DNA of 63,841 nt from Candidatus Shapirobacteria bacterium (GCA_030613565.1 JAUWLS010000003.1:1-63841); one strand, 5' to 3'. Positions 38,375-48,318 are shown, numbered from the stretch's first letter. Program-made: numbers and translations. Notes: a model not told the origin generated them from the letters alone.

Positions 38375-39427
38375 TTAAATCAAATCCGCAATCTGCTTAA
38401 TCATCGAGAGTACTCCTGGCTCAGGTAATAAACTCACTGACTCTACTCCTTCATCGTCTTTTGTTACCCACTGCCTTGTTTTCTTTACCACTTTTCCATC
38501 CTTGTTTTCGTAATAAAATTCTAGTGTTACCTCATACTCATCCACCATCTCTTTAACCTCATTTAAGGCAACTGAATTTCTCAAAAGGATCTTTGGTACA
38601 CCATGTAGTGAAAAAGCCTTCTCTATAAGCGCTCCATCGGCCTCAAGACGATCTTTGATCTTCTCTATCCCCACCTCTCCCTCCTTCTCTCTCATTCTTT
38701 CTCCATTACAACTTTCACTACCACACCTTAAAAAGAACTTTTTTTCTTCTTTGTCATATCCAACACTCTCTGTTGGCATTAAACTCAAACCTCGAGGTGT
38801 AAAACACTTTGGACAAACCACTCTGTCTTTGATTCTGGCGCCTATCACTGCTTCTGGAACATCCACGATCACAAAAAAGTCTGGATCATCCCTATATCCA
38901 ATCAAAGTTCTAAAATACAAAGAGTAAGAAATCTGATCTAAAGTTCTTGGGAACCCATCAATAAATAAAGCCTTCCTATCGTGTTTGTCAATTTCTCTCT
39001 TCAATAAAGAAAGTATTAGTTCATCTGGCACCGAAACCTTATCCTGACTTCTACCTAAAATTGCATCAATTCCCTCCTCCACTGAGATATAGCCTCTGTA
39101 ATCCTTTTTCAGGTACTCGATAAGTTCTTTCTTTCCTTCCTTTGTCTCTAAGGCTTTATGAACTGATCTAACCAGGTCTCCAACTGAAATGTGAGCAACC
39201 TTGTCTTCACCAAGAATCTCCTTAAACATCTTTGCCCTGGTTCCCTTACCTGACCCCTTCTTACCCATTAGATAGGCCACAAAGGTATTGTTCTTCAAAA
39301 ACTCCTCAATCTTTTTGATCTCTAAACCCGCCTTAGCCTCAAAATAGACCTTTCTTTCCTCAGGGTTCTTCAGATCAAAGCTCTGGGTAACATCTAAATC
39401 TTTTGTCTTAAAAACTGGTATTTTCAT
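38375..39427 (-). CDS. adk: Adenylate kinase-family nucleoside monophosphate kinase, extended form
   Basis: GKKGSGKGT P-loop, HISVGDLVR, FIDGFPRTLDQ, LID-like CPKC...C-x4-C. Confidence 0.75.
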   Translation of the reverse strand: MKIPVFKTKDLDVTQSFDLKNPEERKVYFEAKAGLEIKKIEEFLKNNTFVAYLMGKKGSGKGTRAKMFKEILGEDKVAHISVGDLVRSVHKALETKEGKKELIEYLKKDYRGYISVEEGIDAILGRSQDKVSVPDELILSLLKREIDKHDRKALFIDGFPRTLDQISYSLYFRTLIGYRDDPDFFVIVDVPEAVIGARIKDRVVCPKCFTPRGLSLMPTESVGYDKEEKKFFLRCGSESCNGERMREKEGEVGIEKIKDRLEADGALIEKAFSLHGVPKILLRNSVALNEVKEMVDEYEVTLEFYYENKDGKVVKKTRQWVTKDDEGVESVSLLPEPGVLSMIKQIADLI

Positions 39428-39879
39428 TTCAATACTTAAAGTGAAGGCATTTAATCACAACTTATCTTTCTCTACAAGTCCCAATCTTTTAAAAACAAAA
39501 ATATATTAAAAAAATCTCTTTAAAAACCAAAAAAACCACTCTCTCCCAAACCTTCCAGAAACTATTCCACTTCTCCCTCTTGGCAATCCAGAAATATTCT
39601 GCCATTCCCGAACTTAGCATACCCTATATGTTTTCTTTTTTACATACATTTTTTCAAAAACATATTATGAGTCAAATCATCAAAATTTAACTAAAACATC
39701 TTCTCTACTTAATTTTTTCAAGAAAGTGACCCTCACCTACCCTCCAATCTTTTCCACACAAGTCCCAATCTTATCCCCAAATAATAACTCTCTATTTCTT
39801 GTCTTCTTTTATTAAAAAGAATGGTTCTTTCTAAATTTACCTTTTAAAAAATGTCCTTTTAAAAAACCATCTCAAACAA

Positions 39880-40515
39880 AAAATTTTTTTTCTTTCCCTA
39901 AAAATCTTTAATCTTTCCATCACTGATTTATTTTGACCCTCCATCCCTGACTTGATTTAACCCTCCATCCCTGATTAATTTTGACCCTCCGTCACTGACT
40001 TGATTTGACCCTCCATCTAACTGAATCAAAAAAAGACAAACTCTCCAATCTCAAACCTAGCTCAAAACCTCATTTTTAACCAAATTCGGTTATTTGCGAT
40101 AATCAACCAATAACACTATTCTCCGCGTACTTTATTCTGTCTAACCTAACAATCTATCATATTTCTAAACAATATATATCATTTTCTCCGCACTGACCTT
40201 CATGCTTTACACCACCCTATTATTACTGGTTTCCAACTCCAAAAAGCTCAAAAATATACCTAAAACACTCTTTTTACTTCTTTTCTTAAAAACCATCCTA
40301 AACCTAAAATCTTCCCTACTTTCAATAATCGCAACTTTATACCTAGAAGGTAGAAAATAACCGTAACCAAAGGCCTTTTGTTCAAAAAGAATCTCTCTCA
40401 CACCCCTCTTACAACCTTTTTTCTTAAAACAATTAGGCTTATCCTGACCTAATTTTAAAAAACACCAAACCATAGGAACAAAAAGAAAAAAACAAACCTT
40501 ATCAGGGAAAACCAC
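39880..40515 (-). pseudogene. Decayed reading frame containing 8-aa DGG repeats
   Basis: ORF 40207-40515 continues in the same frame through several TAA/TAG/TGA stops into DGGSNQVS-DGGSKLIR-DGGLNQVR-DGGSK*. Confidence 0.35.
39910..40024. repeat. Tandem 24-bp repeats (4 clear units and 1 degenerate)
   Basis: Units at 39934, 39958, 39982 and 40006, consensus TGACCCTCCATCCCTGACTTGATT. Confidence 0.9.
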
Positions 40516-40541
40516 TCTCTGCTAATCTGTACCTAAGCCTC

Positions 40542-41780
40542 TTAATCTATTATCGCCAGTCTAAACTTTTCCTCCCAGAAAAACTCTTTCGCTATTTTCT
40601 TCACCTCATCTAGGCTCACCTTCTCATAACTTTCTATCTCCTCCGACACTTTAGCCAACTTTTTATTCAAGATTAACTTCTCGCCCACAAAGTCTGCCCA
40701 AAAGTCTGATCTGTCCATTAGTAAAGCTAACCGGCCCTTCAAATAGTCCTTAGCCATCAGTAACTCATCTTCTCTCACTCTTTCTCCTATTAAAAGATAC
40801 TCTTTTTTAGTCTCTTCAATCACTTTCTCAAGTTTATCTTTACTAACCCCTGCCTGCACTCCTGAAAACCCTGCCTCTTCCAATCTATCACTTACTGAAT
40901 ATACGTAATAAGCTGCTCCCATCTTCTCCCTTATCCTCTGGTACAACCTCGAAGACGTGTTTCCCGATAATATGATGTCCAAAAGCTTCATTGCATGTCT
41001 TCTCTGGTCATCCCTCTTAATCGTGGGTAACCCTAATATAAAATGTGCCTGATCCAATCCCTTCTTCTTTCTCCACTCCTTCTTCTCTGACAATTCCATT
41101 CTTACCTTAGGCAACTCTTTTTTACTGCCTAAAAACCCCGAAAAGTACTTTTCAATCCATCCTCTTATCTTCTCTTTATCTTTTCCCAAGTTTCCTGCCA
41201 CTACTACCACCATTTCTTTGCTATCAAGATAATTATCTCTAAAACTAACCAAATCACTCTTCTTTATTGAAAGCACACTTTCTTTACTCCCCAATATATT
41301 CCAACACCCCACTTTACCTGACTTATACATTAACTTATAAAACTCTCCCCCAATTCCTCTCATGGGCGTATCTTCATACATATTTATCTCCTCTACTACC
41401 ACCCCCAACTCCTTTTTTAATTCCTTCTCTGGAAAGGTTGGATTAAGAAGCATATCAGACAAAATCTCTATCCCCCACTCAATGTGTCCAGGCACTGTTT
41501 TTACATAATATTCCGTATACTCATGATTGGTTGAAGCATTGTGTATTGAACCTATCTGATCAAACTCCTTACTTATCTCTGTGGCTGTTTTTCTATTTTT
41601 AGTCCCCTTAAACGCCATATGCTCCAAAAAATGACTTATTCCCCACACCTTGCTCTCTTCATACTTGCTTCCAATCTTTACAAACACCTGCACCGTCACC
41701 GACGAAAGTCCTTCTACAGGCACCAAACAAGCTCTTACTCCATTTGAAAGCTCAAAATATTCATACTTAGAATCAGTCAT
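40542..41780 (-). CDS. M16 (pitrilysin/insulinase) family zinc metallopeptidase
   Basis: GISHFLEHMAFKGT (HxxEH), NASTNHEYT, VVVEEINMYED, GNTSSRLYQRIRE. Confidence 0.93.
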   Translation of the reverse strand: MTDSKYEYFELSNGVRACLVPVEGLSSVTVQVFVKIGSKYEESKVWGISHFLEHMAFKGTKNRKTATEISKEFDQIGSIHNASTNHEYTEYYVKTVPGHIEWGIEILSDMLLNPTFPEKELKKELGVVVEEINMYEDTPMRGIGGEFYKLMYKSGKVGCWNILGSKESVLSIKKSDLVSFRDNYLDSKEMVVVVAGNLGKDKEKIRGWIEKYFSGFLGSKKELPKVRMELSEKKEWRKKKGLDQAHFILGLPTIKRDDQRRHAMKLLDIILSGNTSSRLYQRIREKMGAAYYVYSVSDRLEEAGFSGVQAGVSKDKLEKVIEETKKEYLLIGERVREDELLMAKDYLKGRLALLMDRSDFWADFVGEKLILNKKLAKVSEEIESYEKVSLDEVKKIAKEFFWEEKFRLAIID

Positions 41781-41798
41781 TCCTCATTCTATCACTCC
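41728..41798. repeat. Direct repeat F1: M16 promoter and 5' end (intact copy)
   Basis: 32/41 (41728-41768 vs 43199-43239) and 18/21 (41778-41798 vs 43250-43270) identical. Confidence 0.75.
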
Positions 41799-42568
41799 CC
41801 CAACCCTCTCACCCAGTCATCAAATTTCTCCACCTGGACAAGCTTTTTAGCCTTTACCAAAAAAGGTTCTACATCCAAAGACAGTTCCTTCAAATCATGT
41901 TTCATGCAAAAACCCACCAGTTCCTGCTTCAATTCCTTCATGTTCCCTATTCCCACCAACTCCTGTAACAAATTCCAATTGGGCTTTGTCTTAGAAAACA
42001 AAAAAACAGTATCGTACAAATCCCTGCCCTTGGCTCGTTTTCTTCCTAAAAGAGCTGACAGTTTTTGAGATAAAATAACATCCACTGGGTATACTTTAAC
42101 CTCTACAAAAATACCAAATTTATTAATCACTTTAGCCACAAAGTTAACTTCACCTTTTCTTTGACTAATATCCAATTGTATTAATACTTTCTCAGTTTTC
42201 TGATCTGTCAAATTAAATTTCTGCAATACTCCCAAAAATCTTAAATAACATCTGAACACTCCCTTATACACATTTCTATATTCCGTCTCAAAACCCTCTC
42301 TTTTTAAACTCAAAACCAAATGTTTAACCATTCGATCAAACTCATCCTTACTCAAATCAATGCCATCTAAATCCAAATCCTCAGAAAATCTATCGTTACC
42401 ATGAACAATTCTCACACTAGTCCCTCCCATAAAAACTAACTTCTCACCATATTTAGACTCAAACAATATCTCCAACACCTTATACTGCAAATACTCTTTC
42501 ACCATCATTCTGTCTAAACTACTTTCTTCCGAAGAAAAGAAAGATTTTATCTGTTCAAAATCAAGCAT
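41792..42568 (-). CDS. abiEii: AbiEii nucleotidyltransferase toxin (type IV TA)
   Basis: LVFMGGTSVRIVHG..RFSEDLD, KLSALLGRK...RDLYD. Confidence 0.9.
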   Translation of the reverse strand: MLDFEQIKSFFSSEESSLDRMMVKEYLQYKVLEILFESKYGEKLVFMGGTSVRIVHGNDRFSEDLDLDGIDLSKDEFDRMVKHLVLSLKREGFETEYRNVYKGVFRCYLRFLGVLQKFNLTDQKTEKVLIQLDISQRKGEVNFVAKVINKFGIFVEVKVYPVDVILSQKLSALLGRKRAKGRDLYDTVFLFSKTKPNWNLLQELVGIGNMKELKQELVGFCMKHDLKELSLDVEPFLVKAKKLVQVEKFDDWVRGLGE

Positions 42569-43161
42569 TAATATGTTTCAAAAAAACCTAACAATCGTTT
42601 TTTCAACGCCCTCGAATAAACAAGCTCAACGTAATCATAAACTCTTTTTAAATCAAAGTCCTTGCTTAAATTCAACCTCAGTCCTGCTAAATCACCTTTG
42701 TCCTTTAAATCTTTCCTAAAATAGACAAGGTCAAACAACGCCTTTTCTGGACTTGCGATCCGAAAAAGTACATCCTCAACTTTTGACTTTCTGTTCACAT
42801 AGCCAGTAAAAAGATCGGCTTTGATTTTAAAATACCTAAAACTACCAAACTGGTTTTCAAGTCTTTCTCCCCTCTCACAAGAAACACTAGTAACAACTCT
42901 ACTTATTTCTGGAATCAGTTGGTAAAAAGACAAGGCATACTCTAAAGAAATGTAAGACTTATTAATCTTGTTAGCCATCAAGTGAATGTCTGGGTTTTCA
43001 TTTGGCAACATATAAAGACCTTTTCTAACCTTCACTAACCAACCTTTTTTAATCCAAACACTTATCTGCTGTCTATTAACTTCACCATACCTGTTTCTCA
43101 GCTCCTGAACAGACAGCACCTGTCTATTTCCAAAATCCTTCATCAAGCTCAAATATCTCAT
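42568..43161 (-). CDS. abiEi: AbiEi antitoxin (type IV TA)
   Basis: WIKKGWLVKVRKGLY, SYISLEYALSFYQLIPE, IASPEKALFD. Confidence 0.88.
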   Translation of the reverse strand: MRYLSLMKDFGNRQVLSVQELRNRYGEVNRQQISVWIKKGWLVKVRKGLYMLPNENPDIHLMANKINKSYISLEYALSFYQLIPEISRVVTSVSCERGERLENQFGSFRYFKIKADLFTGYVNRKSKVEDVLFRIASPEKALFDLVYFRKDLKDKGDLAGLRLNLSKDFDLKRVYDYVELVYSRALKKRLLGFFETY

Positions 43162-43198
43162 ATTGTCATAAAATTCTACAACAATATGGAATGTTAAT

Positions 43199-43270
43199 CA
43201 AGTTCTCGCTCTATTTTCCAGCTCAAAATACTTATACTTCCAGGCTCACCACTCCTCACCCTATCACTCC
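43199..43270 (-). repeat. Direct repeat F2: truncated M16 5' end directly after tmk
   Basis: Encodes KYKYFELENRART* versus KYEYFELSNGVRAC in the intact gene; shares GGAGTGATAG..TGAGGA.TG around the start codon. Confidence 0.75.
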
Positions 43271-43947
43271 AACCTCTTCTTAACTGTTAAAACCACTTTT
43301 TTATGAACCTCTTCTAAGCTTAAAATCTTTCCTCTGTTCATACAATCCACCTTCACCCACTCCTTTTTCCACTCACACATCTTCAAAAACGCTCTATAAG
43401 CCCCAAGTTGGTGTAAAAAACTCTTCTCTGCTTCATCCCTTACCTCTCCATTTAAATACCCTCTTCCTGCTTTCTTCTCAATTAGTTCCAAACAAACTTT
43501 AGGATCCACCGCCAAAAAGATAACCAAATCTGGTTTTAATATCCCCAACTGATTAAACCCCACTTCCCACAGCCATTCTCTCATCTTTTCCTTACCCCTC
43601 CCCTTCTCTTTTGCCACCTGATGCCCTAAACAAGCTGTATAGTATCTATTTGAAACCACCCACTTCCCTTCACTTAGTGTTTTTCTTCCCACATTCCTAC
43701 TCCAAGTGTATTCATCTAACATGTAAGGCAAGGCCCCCATGTACCCACTAATCTTGGAAAATGGACCATGTTCTCCTTTTAGAAACTCTCCCACCAACTT
43801 ACCAAATGGAGAATCATAATATCTTGGAAAATCAGCTTCTTCAAACTTCTTACCCAACCCTTTAAAGTGATCCACCAACAACTTAAACTGAGTACCCTTG
43901 CCAGACCCATCTGTCCCCTCAATTACCACAAATTTTCCTTTCTTCAC
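43264..43947 (-). CDS. tmk: Thymidylate kinase
   Basis: VIEGTDGSGKGTQ, DFPRY, VVSNRY, KPDLVIFL. Confidence 0.88.
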   Translation of the reverse strand: MKKGKFVVIEGTDGSGKGTQFKLLVDHFKGLGKKFEEADFPRYYDSPFGKLVGEFLKGEHGPFSKISGYMGALPYMLDEYTWSRNVGRKTLSEGKWVVSNRYYTACLGHQVAKEKGRGKEKMREWLWEVGFNQLGILKPDLVIFLAVDPKVCLELIEKKAGRGYLNGEVRDEAEKSFLHQLGAYRAFLKMCEWKKEWVKVDCMNRGKILSLEEVHKKVVLTVKKRLE

Positions 43948-43965
43948 TATCTACTTTAACACAAT

Positions 43966-44325
43966 TTAAGGATCCATAACCGTCCCTTTTTGATCCATTC
44001 CTCCCCACGGTTCGTCTAATCCAGAACCCTGAACTTCCCAAACAGACCTAGGAGGTCTTCCTCTATGTTTCACTGTCTGTTTGCCCCCTCTTAGTCTCCT
44101 ATAACTATCAGAGTGTCTTCTGGCTTCAATTGGATCAACCTCATCACCATTTGCGATTCTTCTTGCCAACATTGCATGTCTGGTTAGATAAGCAGCTACC
44201 CCTACCGCACCAATACCCAGTCTTCTTATCTTCTGTCTCTGTCTCAAACTCAATAACTCCCCAACCCCTTTCCCGAACCCAGGTCCATCCAAAACATTCC
44301 CCTCTCTGCCTTTTCTAGTACTCAT
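43966..44325 (-). CDS. Hypothetical protein
   Basis: Likely start ATG 44325 (MSTRKGREG), 6 nt after TATAAT; one hydrophobic segment. Confidence 0.55.
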   Translation of the reverse strand: MSTRKGREGNVLDGPGFGKGVGELLSLRQRQKIRRLGIGAVGVAAYLTRHAMLARRIANGDEVDPIEARRHSDSYRRLRGGKQTVKHRGRPPRSVWEVQGSGLDEPWGGMDQKGTVMDP

Positions 44326-44335
44326 AATCTCATTA

Positions 44336-44373
44336 TACCCCCACAAGGTCTCTCCTTGCAGGCCCTTGACAAT
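44336..44373. repeat. Direct repeat E1 (promoter region ending in TTGACAAT)
   Basis: CCCCACAA-GG-TCTCTCCTT-G-CAGG...TTGACAAT, similar to 45101-45140. Confidence 0.6.
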
Positions 44374-44401
44374 CAAAAACATGTGTAATAATATTACACA
44401 T

Positions 44402-44692
44402 ATGACTCTGTATCAAATTCAAAACGATCCCAAGATTAGAACTCAAGTCGTCCTCACCGCCTCCATAAAAAGGATGATCCAAGCCAAGAAAAAATTAAAT
44501 GGTGAGACCCTCTCCGAATATCTAAGAAAAGCCGCCCTACTTCGTCTCATGTCTGAAGATCAAGAAAAAGTCGAACTAGAAAGGCTAGCCAATTCCCTCA
44601 TCGGCAGCCTGTCTTTAAGTCGCCACCCCGAATGGAAAACCAAAACCAAACTTTTAAAATGGCAAAAGAAATTAAGAGAAAGCTGGGAATGA
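44402..44692 (+). CDS. Ribbon-helix-helix-like antitoxin
   Basis: RTQVVLT...ETLSEYLRKA; ATGA overlap with the PIN gene. Promoter TTGACA-N17-TAATAT carries the inverted repeat ATGTGTAAT/ATTACACAT. Confidence 0.7.
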   Translation: MTLYQIQNDPKIRTQVVLTASIKRMIQAKKKLNGETLSEYLRKAALLRLMSEDQEKVELERLANSLIGSLSLSRHPEWKTKTKLLKWQKKLRESWE

Positions 44693-45069
44693 AATTGTAC
44701 CTGATCGACACCAATATTCTCATCTACGCCCTAGCCGGCAAAAAACCTTGGGCAAATCTCGTAAAAAAATGGATTAAAACCAAACAACTGGTCTTATCAT
44801 CTATCGTTGTAGCTGAATTTTTAACCGGAGCTCATCAAGATGAGGCCAAAATTTTTGAAGCCCTTCTAGACAAATTCGGCAGCCTCCCTGTGGACACCGC
44901 CGTGGCTAGAATCGCCGCTGATTATCGAAAAAAATTCCTCGAAAAAAACAAGCGAATCCGATTACCTGACTGTCTTATTGCCGCCACCTGCCGTCTTTAT
45001 CAAACAACTCTTGTCACCCTTAACCAATCTGACTACCCCATGAAAGATATCAAAATCTACACTGCCTGA
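44689..45069 (+). CDS. vapC: PIN-domain (VapC) toxin
   Basis: YLIDTNILI, SSIVVAEFL, RLPDCLIAAT, LVTLNQSDY. Confidence 0.9.
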   Translation: MKLYLIDTNILIYALAGKKPWANLVKKWIKTKQLVLSSIVVAEFLTGAHQDEAKIFEALLDKFGSLPVDTAVARIAADYRKKFLEKNKRIRLPDCLIAATCRLYQTTLVTLNQSDYPMKDIKIYTA

Positions 45070-45100
45070 AAATTCATATCCCAATCCCCAGCCACTCTTT

Positions 45101-45140
45101 TACCCCACAAAATCTCTCCTTACAGGTCTCTCTTGACAAT
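45101..45140. repeat. Direct repeat E2
   Basis: CCCCACAA-AA-TCTCTCCTT-A-CAGG...TTGACAAT. Confidence 0.6.
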
Positions 45141-45172
45141 AGTAACCACACAGACTAGACTAGACTTAGTCT

Positions 45173-45409
45173 ATGCAAATAACAAATATTTATCAAGCCA
45201 AAACGCAATTCTCAAAACTAATAAATCAAGTTATGGCTGGAAACCAAGTCATAATCGGCAAAGCAGGTAAACCGGTTGCTAAATTAATACCCTACCAAGA
45301 GAAAAAGGCCACTCGTTCGCCAGGTTTGTGGAAAGGAAAAATGTGGATGAGTAAAGATTTCAACAAAGAATCTCAAAAAATAAACAAAATGTTTTATGGC
45401 CAAGAATAA
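45173..45409 (+). CDS. Phd/YefM-family antitoxin
   Basis: NIYQAKTQFSKLIN.V..G..VIIGKAGKPVAKL.P...R.PG.WKG. Confidence 0.9.
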   Translation: MQITNIYQAKTQFSKLINQVMAGNQVIIGKAGKPVAKLIPYQEKKATRSPGLWKGKMWMSKDFNKESQKINKMFYGQE

Positions 45410-45782
45410 ACAATTATTGCTTGATACCCACATTTTTTTGTGGTGGATGCAGGGAAGTAAAAAACTAAGTAAAAAACTGGTTAAAGTTTTAAAAAATCCC
45501 GACAACCAGGTTTTTATCAGCACAGCCAGTATTTGGGAAATGATAATAAAAAAGAAATTAGGTAAATTAAAAATCCCCAATAACCTAAAAACAATCCTCA
45601 GCAAAAGCGGATTCGAAGTATTATCAATCAGCCTAGATCACGTTCTCGAATTAGAAAAACTACCTCCCCTTCACAAAGACCCTTTCGATCGAATACTTAT
45701 CGCTCAAGCTAAAACAGAACATCTAATACTGGCAACTAATGATAAAAAAAATAGTCGATATGAAGTACTAATAATCAGCTAA
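45396..45782 (+). CDS. vapC: PIN-domain (VapC) toxin
   Basis: LLLDTHIFLW, ISTASIWE, HKDPFDRILIAQA. Confidence 0.92.
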   Translation: MAKNKQLLLDTHIFLWWMQGSKKLSKKLVKVLKNPDNQVFISTASIWEMIIKKKLGKLKIPNNLKTILSKSGFEVLSISLDHVLELEKLPPLHKDPFDRILIAQAKTEHLILATNDKKNSRYEVLIIS

Positions 45783-45801
45783 AAAACTATCTTTATATTA
45801 T

Positions 45802-48318
45802 TTACCTCACCACAAAGTTCACCATTCTCCCAACCACATAAATCTCTTTTACAATCTCTTTGTCTTTTATCCATTCTTTTACTGCTCCATCTTCCCTAGC
45901 CAGCTTTAAAATTTCTTCCTGGTCATCCACTTTATTAGTCTCCACTTCTACTCTCCCCCTTACTTTCCCATTTACTGACACTGGAATCTCTACTTTTTCA
46001 TCCAAAAGATATTTCTCTTCCCATTTTGGCCAAACAGACCAATGCACTGATCCCTCATTTCCCATCCTCTCCCACAATTCCTCTGATAAATATGGCGCAT
46101 AAACTCCCAACACCTTTATAAGCATCTCCTTTTCTTTCTTTCCTAACTCGTCTTTTTCCTTCCCCAACTCATTTAAAGCCTTCATTAAAGCCGCCACTCC
46201 TGTATTAAACCTAATTCCATCAACATCCTCACTCACTTTCTTTACTGTTTTGTTCACTATCACTTTTACCCTATCACTGCTAACCACATCCTTTTTACCA
46301 TTACCTATCAGCTTTTCAAATCTTTCAAGAAACCTCCTCACCCCTTTTAATGCCCTGTCATCCCAAGCCATCGTTCCCTCATAAGGACCAATAAACATTA
46401 AGTACGTTCTGGTTGCATCCACCCCATATTCTTCCCAAACATCATCGGGGCTCACTCCATTTCCTTTACTCTTACTCATCCTGTTGCCATCTGATCCCAA
46501 TATCACTCCATGAACCACCCTCCTCTGATAAGGCTCTGATCCTGGTACTACTCCCAAATCATAAAGAAACTTATGCCAAAATCGAGAATAAAGTAAATGT
46601 AGTGTCGTGTGCTCATCTCCTCCAAAGTAGATATCAACTGGCATCCACTTCTTTAACTTCTCCATATCCCCCAACTCTTTATCATTCTTACTATCCACGT
46701 ATCTTAAAAAGTACCAGCTTGATCCTGCCCAGTTAGGCATCGTATCTGTTTCTCTCTTTCCTTTTCCTCCACAATTTGGACACTCACACTCTACCCACTC
46801 GGCAATTTCAGCCAAAGGAGACTCTCCTGTCCCCGTTGGCTCATACTTCTCCACTTCTGGTAATTCTATTGGTAATTCTTTTTCAGTTACTGGAAACCAC
46901 CCCACCACTCCCTTCTTCTGCTCTTTTGAAAGTTTAAACTTACTCTTAAAGTTTTCTCCTTCCTTTGTCTCCCACCAACTTATTTCCTTTTGAGCACAAC
47001 TCTTACAATAGACCATTGGTATTGGTTCTCCCCAGTAGTGCTGTCTTGAAAAAATCCAATCTCTCAAGTGATAACTCACTGCTTCTTCACCAATCCCCTT
47101 CTCTGAAAGCCACCCAATTGTTTTCTTTATTGCCTCCTCCGGCTTCATTCCATTAATGAAATCAGAATTAATCATCTTTCCCTTACTCACTTCCTTATAA
47201 GATCCCTTGGAATAATCCCAATCTTCTCCGGTATCAACTACTGGAATAATGTCTAATTTAAACTTTGTTGCAAACTCCCAATCCCTCTGGTCATGAGCAG
47301 GCACTGCCATAATCGCTCCTGTCCCGTAACTACCCAATACAAAGTCACTTACCCATATTGGAATTTCCTTATCATTCACTGGGTTTATCGCCACCAATCC
47401 GGTATCCACTCCTGTTTTTTCTTTCGAAAGTTCCGCCCTCTCCAGTTCCGACTTATTTCCCGCCTCTTTTACATAATCTCTTACCTTCTGGTCCTCAAGT
47501 TCCCCTACTAACTTATGTTCTGGAGCTAAAACCATAAACGTTACTCCCCATAAAGTATCAGGTCTGGTTGTAAACACCTCCAACTCTTCTTCTTTTCCCT
47601 TCACCTTAAACCTAACCTTGCCCCCACTACTCTTTCCGATCCAATTTCTCTGCGCCGCTACTACTCTTTTGGGAAAATCTATTTCATCCAGGTCCTCTGA
47701 CAATCTGTCCGCATACTCCGTAATCCTTAAAACCCACTGCGAAAGGTTCTTTTTTCCTGCCTTAGATCCACATCTTTCACACTTTCCATCCACCACCTCT
47801 TCATTAGCTAATCCGGTCTTACAGTCAGGACACCAATTGATTGGTTTCTCTTCTTTAAAGGCTAATCCCTGCTTGAAAAGCTGTAAAAAGATCCACTGTG
47901 TCCATTTGTAGTAAGAAGGATCTGTTGTATTCACTTCCCTATCCCAGTCTACTGAAAAAGCCATTCTCTTCATCTGCTCCCTAAATGTATCCGTATTTTC
48001 TTTAGTCACTTCTTGGGGTTTTCTGCCCGTTTTTATAGCATGGTTCTCTGTGGGTAGTCCAAAAGCATCCCAACCCATTGGAAACATTACTTCATTCCCT
48101 TCCATTCTCTTTTTCCTCGCATACACATCTGCTCCCACCATCGAAAAGGCATGTCCTACATGAAGTCCGCTCCCCGAAGGGTAAGGAAACTCCACCAACA
48201 CATATTTTTTCTTCTTAGCACTCTCATCCTTCGCCTGATACCACCCCTCTTTTTCCCACACCTCTCCCCACTTTTTCTCGATTTCTAAAAACTGATTTTT
48301 TTTATTTTTTTCTTCCAT
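45802..48318 (-). CDS. leuS: Leucyl-tRNA synthetase
   Basis: EFPYPSGSGLHVGH (HIGH), GWDAFGLP.EN, FTTRPDTL.G editing domain, RMSKSKGN (KMSKS), C-terminal VNGKVRG. Confidence 0.97.
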   Translation of the reverse strand: MEEKNKKNQFLEIEKKWGEVWEKEGWYQAKDESAKKKKYVLVEFPYPSGSGLHVGHAFSMVGADVYARKKRMEGNEVMFPMGWDAFGLPTENHAIKTGRKPQEVTKENTDTFREQMKRMAFSVDWDREVNTTDPSYYKWTQWIFLQLFKQGLAFKEEKPINWCPDCKTGLANEEVVDGKCERCGSKAGKKNLSQWVLRITEYADRLSEDLDEIDFPKRVVAAQRNWIGKSSGGKVRFKVKGKEEELEVFTTRPDTLWGVTFMVLAPEHKLVGELEDQKVRDYVKEAGNKSELERAELSKEKTGVDTGLVAINPVNDKEIPIWVSDFVLGSYGTGAIMAVPAHDQRDWEFATKFKLDIIPVVDTGEDWDYSKGSYKEVSKGKMINSDFINGMKPEEAIKKTIGWLSEKGIGEEAVSYHLRDWIFSRQHYWGEPIPMVYCKSCAQKEISWWETKEGENFKSKFKLSKEQKKGVVGWFPVTEKELPIELPEVEKYEPTGTGESPLAEIAEWVECECPNCGGKGKRETDTMPNWAGSSWYFLRYVDSKNDKELGDMEKLKKWMPVDIYFGGDEHTTLHLLYSRFWHKFLYDLGVVPGSEPYQRRVVHGVILGSDGNRMSKSKGNGVSPDDVWEEYGVDATRTYLMFIGPYEGTMAWDDRALKGVRRFLERFEKLIGNGKKDVVSSDRVKVIVNKTVKKVSEDVDGIRFNTGVAALMKALNELGKEKDELGKKEKEMLIKVLGVYAPYLSEELWERMGNEGSVHWSVWPKWEEKYLLDEKVEIPVSVNGKVRGRVEVETNKVDDQEEILKLAREDGAVKEWIKDKEIVKEIYVVGRMVNFVVR

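Noticed and set aside
39910-40024. CRISPR array
   Set aside because: Repeats are contiguous with no spacers, and there are no cas genes in the window.
34409-40540. oriC in one of the two long non-coding gaps
   Set aside because: Only isolated TTTTCCACA-like boxes, no dnaA, and no switch in strand skew.
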